From Longivirga aurantiaca (GTDB lineage Bacteria; Actinomycetota; Actinomycetes; S36-B12; CAIYMF01): 32,000 nucleotides of DNA. Positions 31,848 through 32,000 of this stretch are shown here, one piece after another. The notes under the pieces were generated by a model, which saw only the letters and a program-made list of their open reading frames with translations, made no database searches and had not been told where the DNA came from. How positions within the stretch are numbered: the first letter of the stretch is position 1; every line of letters starts with the position of its first letter. The stretch is from the NCBI RefSeq assembly GCF_042660085.1, contig NZ_JBHSTI010000008.1:2235604-2267603 (forward strand). Direction: 5' to 3'. Both the position numbers and the translations under genes were made by a program.

Positions 31848-32000
31848 TCAGTCGCGGGTGAGCTTGCGGTACGTCGCACGGTGCGGGCGGGCCGCCTCGG
31901 CGCCGAGCCGCTCGATCTTGTTCTTCTCGTAGGAGTCGAAGTTGCCCTCGAACCAGAACCACTGCGAGTCGCCCTCGTAGGCGAGGATGTGCGTCGCCAC
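31848..32000 (-). CDS. ettA: Energy-dependent translational throttle ABC-F protein EttA, C-terminal 50 codons (the N-terminus is off the window).
   Basis: Not in the ORF track because no start lies in the window. The minus strand reads VATHILAYEGDSQWFWFEGNFDSYEKNKIERLGAEAARPHRATYRKLTRD*, with the stop at 31848-31850. Confidence 0.85.
   Translation of the reverse strand: MATHILAYEGDSQWFWFEGNFDSYEKNKIERLGAEAARPHRATYRKLTRD

Noticed and set aside
1-32000. Search by eye for tRNA/rRNA genes, IS elements or transposases, integrases, phage genes, toxin-antitoxin pairs and known defence genes.
   Set aside because: I found none: no tRNA-like T-arm motifs (GGTTCGAATCC-type), no long terminal inverted repeats, and no ORF with recombinase, nuclease or Cas-like motifs. 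A computational scan (tRNAscan-SE, ISEScan, PADLOC/DefenseFinder) should confirm this.

Overview
Very high-G+C actinobacterial chromosome segment (codon third positions are almost all G/C), densely coding on both strands. I call 26 protein genes. I saw no rRNA, tRNA, CRISPR array, transposase or phage gene.

Gene order: nei, rpiB, pepN, DUF5130 plus a small membrane protein, glbO-aglA, and a conserved 218-aa protein / thioesterase / ettA follow the order I remember for M. tuberculosis Rv2464c-Rv2477c. Two inserted blocks interrupt that order:
- malQ, amidase, two tiny Cys/His proteins, prolyl oligopeptidase, MscS, SDR-DUF2867
- MFS, double PQ-loop protein, LacI, small TM protein

Two genes are cut by the window edges and are absent from the supplied ORF track. 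I recovered both by reading the minus strand:
- a Pls-type (epsilon-poly-lysine-synthetase-like) membrane NRPS at 1..3357
- the C-terminus of EttA at 31848..32000

The left 10 kb is the least housekeeping-like part:
- the Pls-like NRPS, divergent from an exported, internally duplicated ankyrin-repeat lipoprotein
- an orphan secreted Cys-containing protein behind a long leader
- a 1252-aa protein with two complementary-degenerate class III cyclase domains, a P-loop NTPase and TPRs, and no DNA-binding output

Other points worth a second look:
- a perfect 49-bp direct repeat pair in the mscS-SDR spacer
- a 7-TM two-PQ-loop (SWEET-like 3+1+3) membrane protein divergent from a LacI regulator, with inverted repeats in the shared promoter region
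- a probable leaderless 66-codon gene lying antisense between rpiB and nei

Nothing here is demonstrably a new system from sequence alone. The NRPS / ankyrin lipoprotein / secreted-protein group and the tandem-cyclase STAND protein are my best candidates. All long Arg/Gly/Asp-rich ORFs lying opposite real genes are treated as shadow ORFs.
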